Positions 12,805 through 25,957 of a stretch of DNA of 64,000 bases are shown piece by piece (position 1 is the first letter of the stretch; each line of letters opens with the position of its first letter). Source of the DNA: Mobula birostris (Eukaryota). The notes beneath the pieces were generated by a model. It was not told the DNA's origin. It was given only the letters and a program-made list of their open reading frames with translations, and made no database searches. The DNA lies in assembly GCF_030028105.1 (NCBI RefSeq), contig NC_092370.1, positions 215,184,005-215,248,004 of the forward strand. The letters run 5' to 3'. The position numbers were made by a program, and so were the translations under genes.

Positions 12805-12955
12805 GGAACGCCAAAGGATCTTCTTTCCAAAACTATCATTGTCAGAGTTGTATGAATTGGAACATACTCTCACGGAAATGGGTATAAGAGATTTATTTAC
12901 ACCCAATGCCAATCTGCTTGGAATAAGTGAAAATGAAAATATGAGAGTTTCAAAG
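12805..12955 (+). CDS. Serpin coding exon 3
   Basis: acag|G gives ERQRIFFPKLSLSELYELEHTLTEMGIRDLFTPNANLLGISENENMRVSK; donor AAG|gtaag (phase 0, 331c). Confidence 0.93.
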
Positions 12956-13119
12956 GTAAGTTGTTGGATTTGTTTATCCTGATATTTTGTTCCATTTCAG
13001 TGTTGAACAATTGAAGTCAAGCACAGCGCTTCTTGGTCTTGGGGAAAAATGATCTAAGTGGATTAACTTCAGGAATAAACAATGAAAGGCAACAATACGG
13101 GACTGTCAATTCTGGGGCA

Positions 13120-13770
13120 AAAAGCAAATTGCTCATTTCAGTGGGTTGAGTCGCATCTGCAGGGGAAAGCAACTATTGATGTTTCAAATCAGGTCTCTGC
13201 ATTAAGCCCAAGAGTGTGAATGGAAGATAGACAGTAAAAGGATGAGTGGGAGAATGGGGTAAGACTGGGCCAATAGGTGATTGGTGTGGAGCGGTGAGGA
13301 ATGATGGGTAGATGAAATTGAGTGGGGAAGGCAAGGGGTTAGAATTGGGAGACAGAGGCCGATGGTTTACAGGTGGAAGTAGATGGGGAGGAAAAAGGAG
13401 GGGGTGGGTAAATGTGGAGACATTAGCTGGATGGTGATGAGCAGGGACACAAAGGCTACAAGTGCTGGAATCTGAAAAGAAGGTGATAGAGTACTGGGCA
13501 GATGATTTCAGATGGGGGCGGCAAGTGGATGAAACCATGAGTGGAATGAAAATGAGTGATGAGCGGGGGTGCTGTGGATGGGATAGGGAACTGTAGTGGG
13601 AAGAGTAAGGGTGGATCAGAAGGAGAAAGAGAAAGAAGAGAGAAGAGAGAGAGAGAGAGAGGAGGGGTGAGAGGGGAGGGGAGAGATTATTGGTTAAGGA
13701 TTATCTGAAATTGGAAAGTTCAGCTTTCATACCATTGGGTTGTAGGCTACCCAGGTGGAATTTGAGGTTT
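13120..13770 (-). mobile_element. Old Penelope-like element 3' fragment
   Basis: Minus strand at 13700-13770 encodes a ...FHLGSLQPNGM...NFR* type C-terminus, followed by a pyrimidine-rich UTR and a degenerate terminal motif, as in 51987-55858. Confidence 0.6.
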
Positions 13771-13803
13771 GTTATTAATTCAGTTCCGGAAATCGCTGGT
13801 CCC

Positions 13804-14080
13804 AGGAAACTGTTTTAAATCTGATGGCATTTTTGAGAAACTAGGAGCTACTTGCTAGTTCCGGGGCATTTCAAACTGCCCATCTGTTTCCGAAACTGCA
13901 AGGACTGGATGCTGTCTAATTATTCAGGGCAATAGAGGGACGAGGAGTCGCTTACCATTTCAGGACATTGCAATGACAGGGAGCTGTTGGTCAATAGAAG
14001 ATATTGTTGTAACTGAAAGCTACTGGTCAATCTCAGCATTTGAAGGGATATAAAGCTGCCTGTTAATTCAGAGTGTTGCT
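13804..14080 (+). repeat. Degenerate ~36-bp tandem repeat
   Basis: Units start at about 13907, 13943, 13979, 14015 and 14051, sharing (g/a)gagctg...gtcaat...cag...cattg. Confidence 0.45.
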
Positions 14081-15010
14081 ATTTCAGTTACTGATGATAA
14101 ACCTATTGAGCTATTCGAGATTTTAAAAAAATATTAAGTCTCTCTTTAATCTGCCCAAAAGAGTGAGATTTAGAGAAGGAAGTGCTAAATATGAACTCCA
14201 AACTTGAGCATAGCTCTATTTTGACTCCAGTATATTAAAGGGCTGCTATTTTAAGCATACACCATTGAGGTGTAAGAAATACACAATGTGACACCGCTGC
14301 TACTAGAGGTGCCCCAGTGATGACTTCAGTTTGTATTTCTGGACAGCACTGTACTGGGTAGCAGTCCAAATGAGCCAAAAAGTTATCAATGCTTCTGGCT
14401 CCTGTCTCAGTTTTCTTTTCATTCATTCCTTGCGTGCGAGCATTATTAGGAAGGCTAACGTTTGCAAAGAAAAGAAGAGATACAGGAGTTCTGCAGATGC
14501 TGGACATCTTGAGCAACACAGGCAAAATGCTGGAAGAACTCAGCAGGTCAGGGAACATCTATGAACGGAAATGAACAGAAGACATTTCAGGCCGAGACCC
14601 TCTTTCAGCCAGAAGCATCAATAACTTGTTGGCTCATCTGGACTAATGCCCTGTGCACAGCTGTCCAAAATACAGGAGTAAGAGCCACTGAGTATAATCA
14701 TGGCTAATTATCAATCTCAATACAAAATTCCTGTTCTCTCCCTATAGCACTCATGAGTCTAGAATTTTTTTCAATATTCTTAAAAAAATGGAGTGACTTG
14801 GCCTCTATAACACTCTGTGGTACAGTATTTCACAGGTACACCATCCTCTGAGTGAAGAACTGTGTATCTCAGTCCTAAATCTCTTGTTCTAGAAACTGAG
14901 AATCTGCCTCCGAGACCCACCACCTTCTCCCCATCTCCAGTATGTCTAACCCTGTCAGAACTTTGTATGTTTAATTAGATTTATTCAACCGAGCTAGAGC
15001 CAATTCAACT

Positions 15011-15048
15011 CAGTCCTGATGAAGGGTCTCAGCCTGAAACGTTGACTG
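15011..15048 (+). ncRNA. Minimal type I hammerhead ribozyme motif (Penelope-derived repeat) in serpin intron
   Basis: cagtc-CTGATGA-agggtctcagcct-GAAAC-GTT-gactg: stem I cagtc/gactg, conserved core, stem II agg/cct. Confidence 0.65.
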
Positions 15049-15698
15049 GTTATTCATTTCTATGGATGCTGCCTGACCTGCTGAGTTCCTCCAGCACTTT
15101 GCGTGTGTTTTAAATTCTAAATGGTTTGTGGCTGCGAGGGGAACTTACAAGTGATCTATAGATTATTTTTTCCCTGTTTTAAGTGTCTTATTGTTGAAAA
15201 GGAATTCATATCATAGACAGAGTCATAGCACTGATACTCTTGGGGTACATTTTCAAAAGATGAGGCATACACCGTGTATTTCCAATCAAACTATCTCATT
15301 GCACATCCGCAATATGTGTACTTTCCCTACATTAGCATCTTTCATTATAAAAGTGCAAGATCAAAGGAAAGATTAAGGAAACAAAGGGATGGGAGGAGAA
15401 CCTAATAATTAAGTGCTACACACTCTAAAGAAATTCTGCAAAGATGATGTGTTAAGTTAATTACGAGCCTCCTTCCGAACAGTGGGAACACTATTGCTGT
15501 GACACAATAGCCAACTGATTAAAAAGACCATACCTGGTAGAAAAATTCTGCCAAGCGCACCCTGGCCAAACCAATAGGAGAGTCAATCATTGACCCTATC
15601 TTCTTATTCTGGGAAAGGTATTGCCTCACTTGATGGGCTCCTGCAAGATGACCAATGAGGAGACAATTGAGATGTTGTAGTTCCAGTGATGTTACATG

Positions 15699-15840
15699 GT
15701 GGCATCCGTTAGTCTCGCGAGACCATGGATCTGCGCCTGGAAGGTCTTGCTTCAGTCTGTGTTAGAGCAGCGTCTGTTGTGGCTGTAGAGGCCCACACGG
15801 GAGTGACAGTCTCGGCTGCAGTGACTGCACTTGAAGGCAT
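15699..15840 (-). mobile_element. RTE-clade LINE 3' end
   Basis: Minus strand encodes AFKCSHCSRDCHSRVGLYSHNRRCSNTD* (RTE C-terminal zinc finger), followed by an RTE-type 3' stem-loop gtctcgcgagac. Confidence 0.7.
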
Positions 15841-16684
15841 CTATTTTCAACTTGGTTGAAAATAGATTAGGAGATATTAGTTACATTAAAACTGTATATA
15901 TAGTGACATATACGTACTTTGAATCAAGTTACGCTTAGATTTTAATTTAGAGACTTGCCTCTATAGACCTTTGTGATGGAGAATACAAGGTTCACCACCC
16001 ACTGAATTCTAAGGGATTTCAATGGGGAATAGGAAAAGTTATTTCCTGTTATGGCAGAATTAGTAGAAAGTCAACAATATATTGACCTGGTGTTTCCTTA
16101 AAGAGGCTGACTGTGTAGGTTGGTGCCATACATAAACATGCAAATGTATCCAAAAACTTAAAGAACTATTAGTAATTAAATCTATTTAAATTAGCTCAAT
16201 TAAATCAAAGCCAGCACACTGATGAAATCACAAGGAAGGCACACCAGTTTCCGAGAAAGTTTACGTGGTTCAGCATGTCACCAAATGCTCTAACAAACCT
16301 CAACAGATTCACTGCTAAAAGTGTCCAAAACGGTTGCATTATGGTCTAGTATGGCAATTTGATGTACAAGCTGCAGAGAGTAGTATACATACATCATGGG
16401 TATATCCTTCCCGCCATCAAAAATATAAGAAAGCAACATCTAACATCAAAGAACCCCACCATCCAGGCCGTGCCCTCTTCTGACAGCTACCATCAGGCAG
16501 GAGGTACAGAGCCTGAGGCGCACAGCTACTTCTCGTTGATCACTGAGTTCTTGAACCAACTTGTACAACCCTAAGTACTACCTAGTCTGGCAACATGATA
16601 ACCACTTTGCACAACAATGGACTTTGGGATTGTTTCCAATGTAATTCATATTTACTTTATGCTTTTCTTTTTAATCAGTTGGCA

Positions 16685-17250
16685 ATACTTGGAGCCTTGT
16701 GTGCAGTTTTGGGCTCCTTATTTTAGAAAGGATATACTAACATTGGAGAGGGTTCAGAGAAGATTCATGAGAATGATTCCAGGAATGAAAGGGTTACCGT
16801 ATGAGGAACGTCTGGCAGCTCTTGGGCTGTATTCCCTGGAGTTCAGGAGAATGAGGGGGGAGTTAAAGAGAATGTGGGGGGGATCTCATAGAAACATTCC
16901 AAATGTTAAAAGGCCTGAACAGATTAGATATGGCAAAGTTATTTCCCATGGTAGGGGAGTCTAGGACAAGAGGGCACGACTTCAGGATTGAAGGACGTCC
17001 ACTTAGAACTGAGATGCGGAAAATTACTTTAGTCAGAGGGTGGTAAATCTGTGGAATTTGTTGCCACGAGCAGCTGTGGAGGCCAAGTCATTGGGTGCAT
17101 TTATGGCACAGATAGGCAGGTTCTTGATTAGCCAGGGCATCAAAGGGTATGGGGATGACCGGAAGAATTGGATCAGCCCTTGTTTGAATGGTGGAGCAGA
17201 CTCAATGGGCCAAATGGCCTGCTTCTGCTCCTATATCTTATGGTCTTATC
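16685..17250 (+). mobile_element. CR1 LINE 3' fragment
   Basis: LEPCVQFWAPYFRKDILTLERVQRRFMRMIPG and VNLWNLLP motifs; CR1 tail. Confidence 0.85.
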
Positions 17251-18199
17251 CTGTGAATGTGGTGTATCTGATGCTACGTGCATTTGATGCTGCCGCAAGT
17301 GAGCTTTTCACTGCACATGTGTACCTAGTCTATAAGACGATACACTCACCTTGATTTGATGTGTAACTAGCCTACCTTACCTCTGTCTCTTGCAGTTGCT
17401 CTTCTGCACCAAAGTAAAAGCAGTAGTTGAATATGCCCCAGCATTATTGCTGCAGAACTATACAACTTCACACTCCATTAAAGTCTAGCATCAGAATGCC
17501 ATCAAAATAACAGCAGCAACCGGCTGTGTGGACTCCTACCCATAACATCCATCTCATGGGCAGGGTCTCTGAGCAGGAGTACCTAGTTTTGACTGTAGAG
17601 ATAAAGGTATAAGTACAAGTTTATTGTTGTCATGGAAATACATACACAGAGTATAAACTTGAATTAACATAAATTATACAAAACTTACATAATGTATGTC
17701 AATGTTAATAGTTTCATGCAGAAATGCTTACACTTTCATAGACATTTCAGGCTAATATCATGGCGAGTGAAGATCAACATTATGAGAGTTTCACTTATGC
17801 TGAGGTTTGTTGGAACATGGGAATAGTTTAGGTTAATGTGCCTTCATAGAGGAAACATAATTACATATTTCAGAAATTACCCAGGTCTATCTTGACAAAA
17901 ACTCATCAGTGTTAAGTCTGACAAAATGGAAATGCACTGAGAAATTCCCAACCAAACATGGGGGAAAAAAAGCAGACCAAGAAAGTTTATGAGAAGCAGG
18001 GAATATGGTAGATTGCATTATGAGCTAAAAGGCCTCTTTTACGAAGTTATATTACTACACATTACTAATTGCTTTGCATGTCAAACCTTTTCTAAACATC
18101 AGAGAAGGGCTTAAGCCAGCAAAATCAAATCACATCTTAGGTTACAACACATTTTCACCATAGGAAATGTAACTTATTTTTAAAATTTCATTTCATCAG

Positions 18200-18406
18200 G
18201 TTACTCATAAGGCAGCCCTGGACATCGATGAAAAGGCCACTGAAGCAGCTGCAGTCACTGACGTAAAAATTGTTCCATTGTCCTCTCATTCTTCAATCAG
18301 GTTCAATAGACCATTCCTCCTCATCATCTATGAAGAGAATACAAACAACATCCTCTTTCTTGGAAGAATAAAAGATCCATCAAAGAAACGCTCTCCTTCA
18401 ATCTAA
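18200..18406 (+). CDS. Serpin coding exon 4 (reactive centre loop to stop)
   Basis: catcag|GTT gives VTHKAALDIDEKATEAAAVTDVKIVPLSSHSSIRFNRPFLLIIYEENTNNILFLGRIKDPSKKRSPSI*. Joined CDS is 619+274+151+207=1251 nt, 416 aa, with no internal stop. Missed by the ORF track. Confidence 0.95.
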   Translation, partial: VTHKAALDIDEKATEAAAVTDVKIVPLSSHSSIRFNRPFLLIIYEENTNNILFLGRIKDPSKKRSPSI

Positions 18407-19308
18407 CATGTGTCTAGAATAATTCAGGCTATTCTTCAATTTTAGAGCTTAAAATGATAAATCTAATAATCTTGATAATTATTTCATCATTAATGTCATA
18501 AATTGGTGAGAATACACAGGCGATCTACCAATAGCTGTAAAAACACATTAATTTGTCACAACAGCAGAAGTAACTACATTGAATGAGAATGATTCTACAC
18601 CACATTTCCTGGCCATATGTATAGGAACGTTAAGCCAAACAGAAAAGAAAACTAAAAGTTAAGCAAATATTTCAATAGAGAACATTGGGAAGAAGTGATA
18701 CAAGCAACTCATACAGTGAAAGCAGGATGAAGTGGTTTGAGTTTTGGGAAAAAAAACTGATGGATTTCAAGATCCAAAACACATTCAAAAATCCAAGATA
18801 CATACAGAAATATATTAAAAATTAAACTGGTCTAATGAGCCTATTCTGCACAACATCTTCTGTGAAGTGATACTCTCTGTCCGAAACGTACAAAGTCAGA
18901 AGGGTATAACAAAGGTAGAAGCTAGCAAGTTCTTTGAAGATAATGTGCAACATAAAATACAGGACAATGGAGGATACGGGAAGAAAGTTATAAATCCCTG
19001 CATGTGCCGAAATTGGTCCAAAAAATGCTGATAATACAGATTACGCTTATAAATTTTAGACAAGGTGGTTCTTCTCTTCTATACTTAATTAGAGCTCCTG
19101 ATTTTAAGAGATCAAGTCTAACTTGCTCTCCCAGAATGCACAATCCTGCATCAGTGTAGTGAAGAATACTAAGGCATCCATCTGAAATTAATGTTCCAAT
19201 TAGAAAACAGCAAAATATCCAGGAAAACATATCCTGTTTATTTGTAGATTTCTTTATTTTCATAATTTTTGTTGACAAATCAGCTGAAATTAAGTAATTA
19301 TCACTTCA

Positions 19309-19365
19309 AATAAAAACAAAGGTTCATATAAATTCAGGAAAGATCTGTTGACAGTAATTAATAAA
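19309..19365 (+). terminator. Candidate serpin polyadenylation signals
   Basis: AATAAA at 19309 and 19360, ~0.9 kb after the stop codon, followed by GT/T-rich sequence. Confidence 0.4.
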
Positions 19366-19829
19366 AAATAGATTAGTGTGTCTCTATACCTGTTTCCTGT
19401 AAAATTAGTTTTCTAATGGCATCTTCTGCTTTCCTGGTAGTAGTTTAGCCTCTGAATAACATACTATAGACATCTATCATAGATGAGGTTTTGTCCAACA
19501 TTTCATAGTTACCAGCCACTGGGACTATTTTGTCAGTAAATGATATCAGTAAACTATAGTAAGCTGTCATAAATAGTAAATTAGTAGTCTTTATTCATGT
19601 TGACTTCTAACTTTTTTGATGAATTCTAAATAATTTAATCTCTCTGCTCTTAAACTATATGTACAAAATGATAAAAAGTGAGCCAAGCACATACTTTCAT
19701 AAGCTTCAATATGCTGCAAACCTCTTCACAGTAAGTGAAACAATGCAGAACATCCTGCAACTGTCCAGACTGCTGCCTCAATTTTCATGAATTTTTAACC
19801 CACTGTCTGCTAATATGTACTTAATATGT

Positions 19830-21975
19830 CAGTAATATTTGAATAATATTGTAAATATGTTGTTTGATTAAGCATTCTTTGTTTACATAATTCTTTGTGA
19901 GTTATATGTAAAATTATGTAAATTTCATACGTCACCATTCTACCACGTCATAAGTGTGTGCCTCACCAAAGTAAGAACGAAGTAGACACATTATTCCCAG
20001 CTCTGTTTGTCTTTTAATTACTTTTGTTTTGGAGTTACAAAACATAACAGTGGTAATGAGTAAGTTTTAAAATGAATCCAAGACAACTACCTACCTGTTG
20101 AACCACAGCACATTTTTCTTCAGAAGCACAGCGAGATGTTTGAGTTTTTTTAAAAAGCAGCACAGCATGTGTCTCTTCAGAAGAAGGAGAGAGAGAGATG
20201 GTTGAGCTAGAAAAAAGGCAGAAAATGGATGAAATTCACGGATTCATAAACCGTGAGTACTGGCTGATAATAATAATAATAAATAAAACAAGGAAAACCA
20301 GTAATAGCTGGCTACATTGTAAAGATAGATATGTTCAATTGAACAACACGTAAATGGAATATGTATATTGAGACAACTGAGCAGTATTTTGAAGCAAATG
20401 AAATAGGCAATGCATAACAAATGCCAGTGTTACTCAGTGTAATTAATGGGAGAACATAGGAGTTTGCTTAGAGATTTCACTGCACCAACCAAACCAACTG
20501 AAATGAGCTTTGCTAATATCATGAAAGTAATGCAGGAAAACTTAGAATGAAAATCATTGTTGATTGCAGAACTTTTGATTTCATAAGCGGAATCAAAAGG
20601 AAGGGAAGTCCATTTCAGCTTATGTGACTGAATTGAAGAGATTATCTGAGGAATGTCAGTTCAGTGTTGTGCTTAATGATGCATTGAGAGATCACTTAGT
20701 TTGTGGAATCTTACAAGAAAGCTCCTACCTGAAGCACAACTCACATTTAAAAGAGCAGTTGAAATAGCTGTATCAATGGAAACAGCGGACAGAACCACAC
20801 TTGAGTTGCAGTCAGGAATGGAAGTGAGTGTGAACAAAACTGCAATGTTTAAAAAGAAACCTGCCTGGCTGAACAAATTGTATTTCTGTTGTGGCAAGAT
20901 TTCACATATACCAGACTAATGTGGGTTTATAGGTGAAACTTGCAAATAATGCAACAAAGTAGGATGCATAAAAGAGCATGTTGGGCACACTTCACAGGGA
21001 AGAGAAAAAAGATAAACATTCAAGTTGCAGTTTCAAGAAGAGCGCTAATCTGCATATTGCTGATGAAAATATTGATAATGATGAGAGTGACACAGAACTG
21101 AATAGCCTTTAGATTTACAATGTGAAAGCAAACAATAGACAAGCAATATAGCTTACATCAGAAGTGAACCGCAAATTAATTAAAATGGAATTGGACACTG
21201 GCTTGGCTGTGTCAGTCATTCCACAGAATGAGTCTGAATAACATTTCAAAAATACTTAACTAAAGCCTGCAGATATTCAGCTAAGAACTTATACTGAAAA
21301 AAAAGATAACTCCTGTGGGAATGACATTTGTAACAGTGAAACACAACAACCTACAAGCCACTTTGAGCTTGTATGTAGTAAAACAGGAGGGCCAGCATGG
21401 TGGGGCTGTGAGTGACTGAGACAACTATAACTTGATTGGAGATCCATCCACAATTTGCATGCCACGTCCCCTGCAAGAAAGTCAACTGAAAGTGAATTAA
21501 GAAAGGTACTGAATGATGCCACAACGGTGTTCAAGGGTGTCATTGGAAAACTCAAACATACCAAGAGTAAAATAGTGTTAAATGAAAATGCCACACCCAA
21601 GATTTACAAAGCCCATTTGGTTCCTTATACCATCCGTGATAAATCAGCCAGTGAGCAAGATTGCATGGAGGCCGAAGGAATTCTTTCCAAGGTTGAGTGC
21701 AATACCAGTGAATGGGTTTGTCAGGATCTGTGGTGATCTCAAGGTCACCATCAACCCAGTACTGAAATTAGGTCAATACTCTCTGCTCAGGATGGAGGAT
21801 TTCTTTGCAAACCTTTCTGATGAAGAATTTCAGCTAAGGCCTATCTACAGATGGAGATGGAAGAAGAGTCCGAAGTGTTTCTTGTCATAAACACTGACAA
21901 AGGATTTTATCACTATAATAGGCTTAATTTTGGAGTAACATCTGCATCTGGTCTCTGGCTGAAAGCTAGGGACCA
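19830..21975 (+). mobile_element. Decayed Ty3/Gypsy (Mag-like) retrotransposon: 5' LTR, PBS, gag, protease, RT start
   Basis: LTR ends TAACA at 20049, followed by TGGTAATGAG (consistent with a decayed TGGCGACGAG PBS). gag-like EQYFEANE; tandem Cys/His knuckles ~20880-20980; protease MELDTG ~21185; RT RICGDLKVTINPVL ~21720. Many stops and frameshifts. LTR start is approximate. Confidence 0.8.
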
Positions 21976-24445
21976 AAGAACATCTCCAAAATCTCAAGAC
22001 AGTGTTAAAGAGATTAGAACACCTTAATTAGCCTCAAGCATTTTCCCAACTACAGATGTTAAACTAACTGGCCAATAATTACCTGCCCACATCCTTTTTT
22101 GAACATTGGCATGAGATTCACAGTCTTCCAATCTGCCGGAACCTGCCCAGAAGTCCAGAGAATTTTGGTAAATCATCACCAAAGCCTCTACTATAACTTC
22201 TGCCATTTCTTTCAGTATCCTAGGATGAATTCCATCAGGACCAGGGGACTTGTCTATTTTCAGGCCCACGAGTTTGCTTAGCACTACCTCTTTAGTGATA
22301 ACTATTGTATGGAGGTCCTCACCTCCCATCGCATCCATAACATTTCTCTTTGGCATGTTAGACGTATCCTCCACAGTGAAGACTGACTCAAGATAGTCAT
22401 TCAAAGCTTCAGCCATTTCCTCATTACCCAATATCAATTCCCCCTTCTCGTATGCCAAGGGACCTACGTTCACTTTAGCCACCACCTTTTTCTGCTTTAT
22501 ATAATTACAATAACTTTTTCTATATTTTGTGCTAGTTTATTTTCATAATCTATCTTCCCTTTCTTTATTGTTCACTTAGTGGTTCTTTGTTGCTTTTTAA
22601 AGTTTTCCCAATCTTCCAGTTTCCCACTTCTTGCCAACTTTGTACGCACAAGCTTTTAGTTTGATGACTTCCTTTTATTTCCTTAGTTATCCAAGACTGG
22701 CTCTCCCTACCCGTACTGTCCTTGTTTTTAACTAGAATATACTTTTGTTGAGCACCATGAAAAATCTCTTCGAAAATCGTCGCACTATATAGCCTGTGTT
22801 CCCAGTCTACACTAGCCAAATCCTCCCTCATCCCATTGTAGTCTCCATTGTTTAGGCATAACACATTGGTTTTAGATCAAACTATTGCCCCCTCCATTGT
22901 ATGAGAAGCTCAGTCATACTGTGATCACTCTTTCCAATAGGATCCCTACCTACAAGATCACTAAATTTACCTGCCTCGTTGCACAGAACCAGATCTAAGA
23001 TAGCACGTTCCCTTGTAGGTTCAGCAAAATGCTGTTCAAGAAAGCAATCATGGATGCTTTCTATGAAGTCCTCCCCAAGACTGCCTTGACCAACTTGACT
23101 CACCCAAGTTATGTGCAAATGAAAGTCCCCCATGATAACTGCTGTTCCAGTCTTACATGCCTCAGATATTTCTCTGTTTATTGCCTGTGCCACTGTAATG
23201 TCATTATTGGGTGGCCAACAGACAACTCCCACCTGTGATTTTTCCCGTTTACTATTCCTAATCTCTACCCAGATGGATTCAACATTCTGATCCTAAGATC
23301 TTATATCGTCTCTATCGCCCTGATCTCATCTTAATTAAGAGCGCTACCCCACGTCCCTTACCTTCCTGCCTGTCCTTCCATATTACCTGATATCCTTGGA
23401 TATTTAATTCCCAATCCTCTCCACCCTGCAACCATGTTTCTGTAATGGCCACTAAATCATACTGATTTGTGCCACAAGTTCACCGACTTTGTTTCGAATA
23501 CTACGGGTATTCAGACAAAGTGCCCTTACATTGTGCTTTTAAACTCTTGTAATCTTTTTCTCTTGACTCATCACTCCACTCTTACTTTTCTCTTTTTTTA
23601 TCTTTTGCTTTTACTTTATCCATAATTCTCCAATCTGTTGAACCCCCCCCCCCCACCATTTAGTTTAAAGCCCTATCCACAGTCCTATTTATGCGATTTG
23701 CTAGGATCCAGGTCCCATCACATTTCAGGTGGAGCCCGTCCCATTGGCACAGCTCCCTCCTTCCCCAATACTGGTGCCAATTTCCCATGAGTTCAAACCC
23801 ACTTCTCCCACACCAATCCTTGAGCCACACATTTAACTCTCTAATCTTCTTGACCCGATGCCAATCTGCACGTGGCTCAGGTAGTAATCCAGAGATTACT
23901 ACCTTTTTGGTTCTGCTTTTTTAATTTAGTCCCTAGCTGCTCAAATTCCTTCAGCAGAAGCTCTTTCTTCACTCTGCCTATGTCGTTGGAACCCACATGG
24001 ACCACAACAACCAGATCTTTCCACTCTCACTGCAAATTCCTCTGCAGGTCAGATAAGATGTCCTGAACCCGGACACCAGGCAGGCATATCAGCCTTTGGG
24101 ATGCTCTATCCTCATGTCAGAGAACTCTGCCTATTCCCCTGACAATACAATCCCCAATTACCACTACATTTCTCTCCTCCCCCCCCCCCACCGAATCTCG
24201 AATGGCTCCCAGAATTACGGTGCTACAGTTAGATTGCCCATCCTTCCTACAGCCCACCCCCTCCCATCCAAACAGAGAGCACCAATCTCAGACCTGTTGG
24301 ACAAGCTCAAGGGCTGAGGCTCCTTCAGCACTGTCTCTTGGATCCCACTACCCGCCTCACTCGCTGTCACACCCTCTTGTCCCTGACCACAGACCGAATT
24401 TGAGGCAGTTAATCTGATGAGTGTGACTATCTCCTGAAAAATTTG
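21976..24445 (-). mobile_element. CR1 LINE 5' portion (esterase-type ORF1, APE endonuclease, start of RT region) inserted in the Gypsy element
   Basis: Minus-strand VVVIGDCIVRG and VVVHVGSNDIGR (SGNH ORF1); VIMGDFH, PTRERAILDLVLCN, SDH (endonuclease); KSPGPDGIHPRILKE, NYWPVSLTSVVGK. Confidence 0.88.
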
Positions 24446-24513
24446 TCCAACGCTAGGACAGGCCCACATTCTCCAATCACCGTGGCTTGCATCTCCTCAT
24501 GAAGTAAATATAC

Positions 24514-25719
24514 TGTTATGTACCCCTAGGGGCCATTTTTTTTTATGGACTATACTTTTAAAAAACGAGAGAGTTGTACAAAACAAACACCTTGTTATTA
24601 AGAGAGAGAGAGGTGAAGACTGCTTTGAGATGGTGTTATGGTTTCTCTGCAGCATGTTTACACTTTTGCAAGGACACTGCCAGCTTCTGTGTTCTTACAA
24701 AGAGGGAAGGGAGAAGCTACTTGATGGCAGCTGGTGTTCAGCATGGTGAGATAAATAGAAGGTCAGCTGATAGACTGACAGACACATGATTTTGGACACT
24801 GGATGAGCTCTGTTGTGCCCACGGAAAGGTGGGTGTCTGGAGGATTGGTCAGGTGAATCGATCAGTGGCTCTCACAATGCGGAAAGGGTGTGACTGGTAG
24901 GAAGTTATTCATGTGTCCAGCCCTCGCCTGGGTTGATAACTCACCCACAGAAGACGGTCTCCTTTTGTTGTGGTCACATTCGGTGACTTTAAAGGAAGAG
25001 AAGAGGGAAGAGGAAGGTTTGAAACAAAAGAAACCTAGTGACAAAGAGGTCACTGGTTGGATTCTTTCTCTAAGTAGCCTGTAAGGGTGAGTTTGGGTTC
25101 CATTCGAATACGGAGGTGTGACTGTCACGTAGTTAATCCACAAGAGTGGGTTCTCTGGTGAAGGGAGTACCTTTGTGAATACCACTTGTCTGTTACCCTT
25201 GTTTGGGTGTGGTAGTTCACTGAAGAAAGGCACCCCTTTGGCAAATCACCGTTGGAGTTATTTTGTATGTCGTGGAACTGGATAAGTGGCTATCACGTTG
25301 TGTGTTTGGGGTTGGTTCCCTTGAAGAGGGTCCCCTTAGTGATAAGCTACTGTTGGTGATAATCCATATGTGGATTCTGTTTGAGTACCCTGTGGCCACC
25401 ACTTTGGAATAACCCGTAGCTGAATTCGGGTGTGGTACCACTTGTGTTAAAAGGATACTCGTTGAAGATCACTGTCGGTGATACTTCATATCTGGAGTGG
25501 AACAACTTCGGAGATAAAAACCTACTACTATTGTTATTTTGTATTGCTGTTGTGGAATCTGTGGAATATTGACATAATTGCCTTCTCCTGACATTTACCC
25601 TGGATTACAAATCTCTCTCCATCACTATTCGACTCAATACCATGAACTGAACTGAACTTTACTCATCACTGTAAGACTGTATCCATTTACCCCTAGGCTT
25701 GAAGAAGCTTGGTTTCTAT

Positions 25720-25811
<92 letters not shown>

Positions 25812-25957
25812 TATCATTGCTAATCTGTCTGATATACCTGCATTTATACTACTGTATTGCATAATTACTAATAAATAATATTAGTGAATAGCAATGCCAG
25901 ACTCCAAAGTGTCTTCCATTTCTGCTGGTTCTTTGACCCGTCATGGGGTACGTGACA
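24514..25957 (+). mobile_element. Solo LTR, 1444 bp
   Basis: Termini TGTTATGTACCCC / GGGGTACGTGACA (13-bp imperfect inverted repeat); exact 4-bp TSD ATAC (24510-24513 / 25958-25961); AATAAA near 25870. Confidence 0.8.
25724..25810. repeat. (CA)n(TA)n microsatellite
   Basis: About 37 uninterrupted CA units followed by TA repeats. Confidence 0.97.

Noticed and set aside
13804-14080. 36-bp periodicity as a possible CRISPR array
   Set aside because: No conserved repeat plus unique spacer alternation, eukaryotic intron context and no cas genes.
15701-15740. Possible HDV-like ribozyme (gtctcgcgagac-taa-cggat on the minus strand)
   Set aside because: It directly follows the RTE C-terminal zinc finger and stop codon, so it is better explained as the RTE 3' stem-loop; I could not build the nested double pseudoknot.
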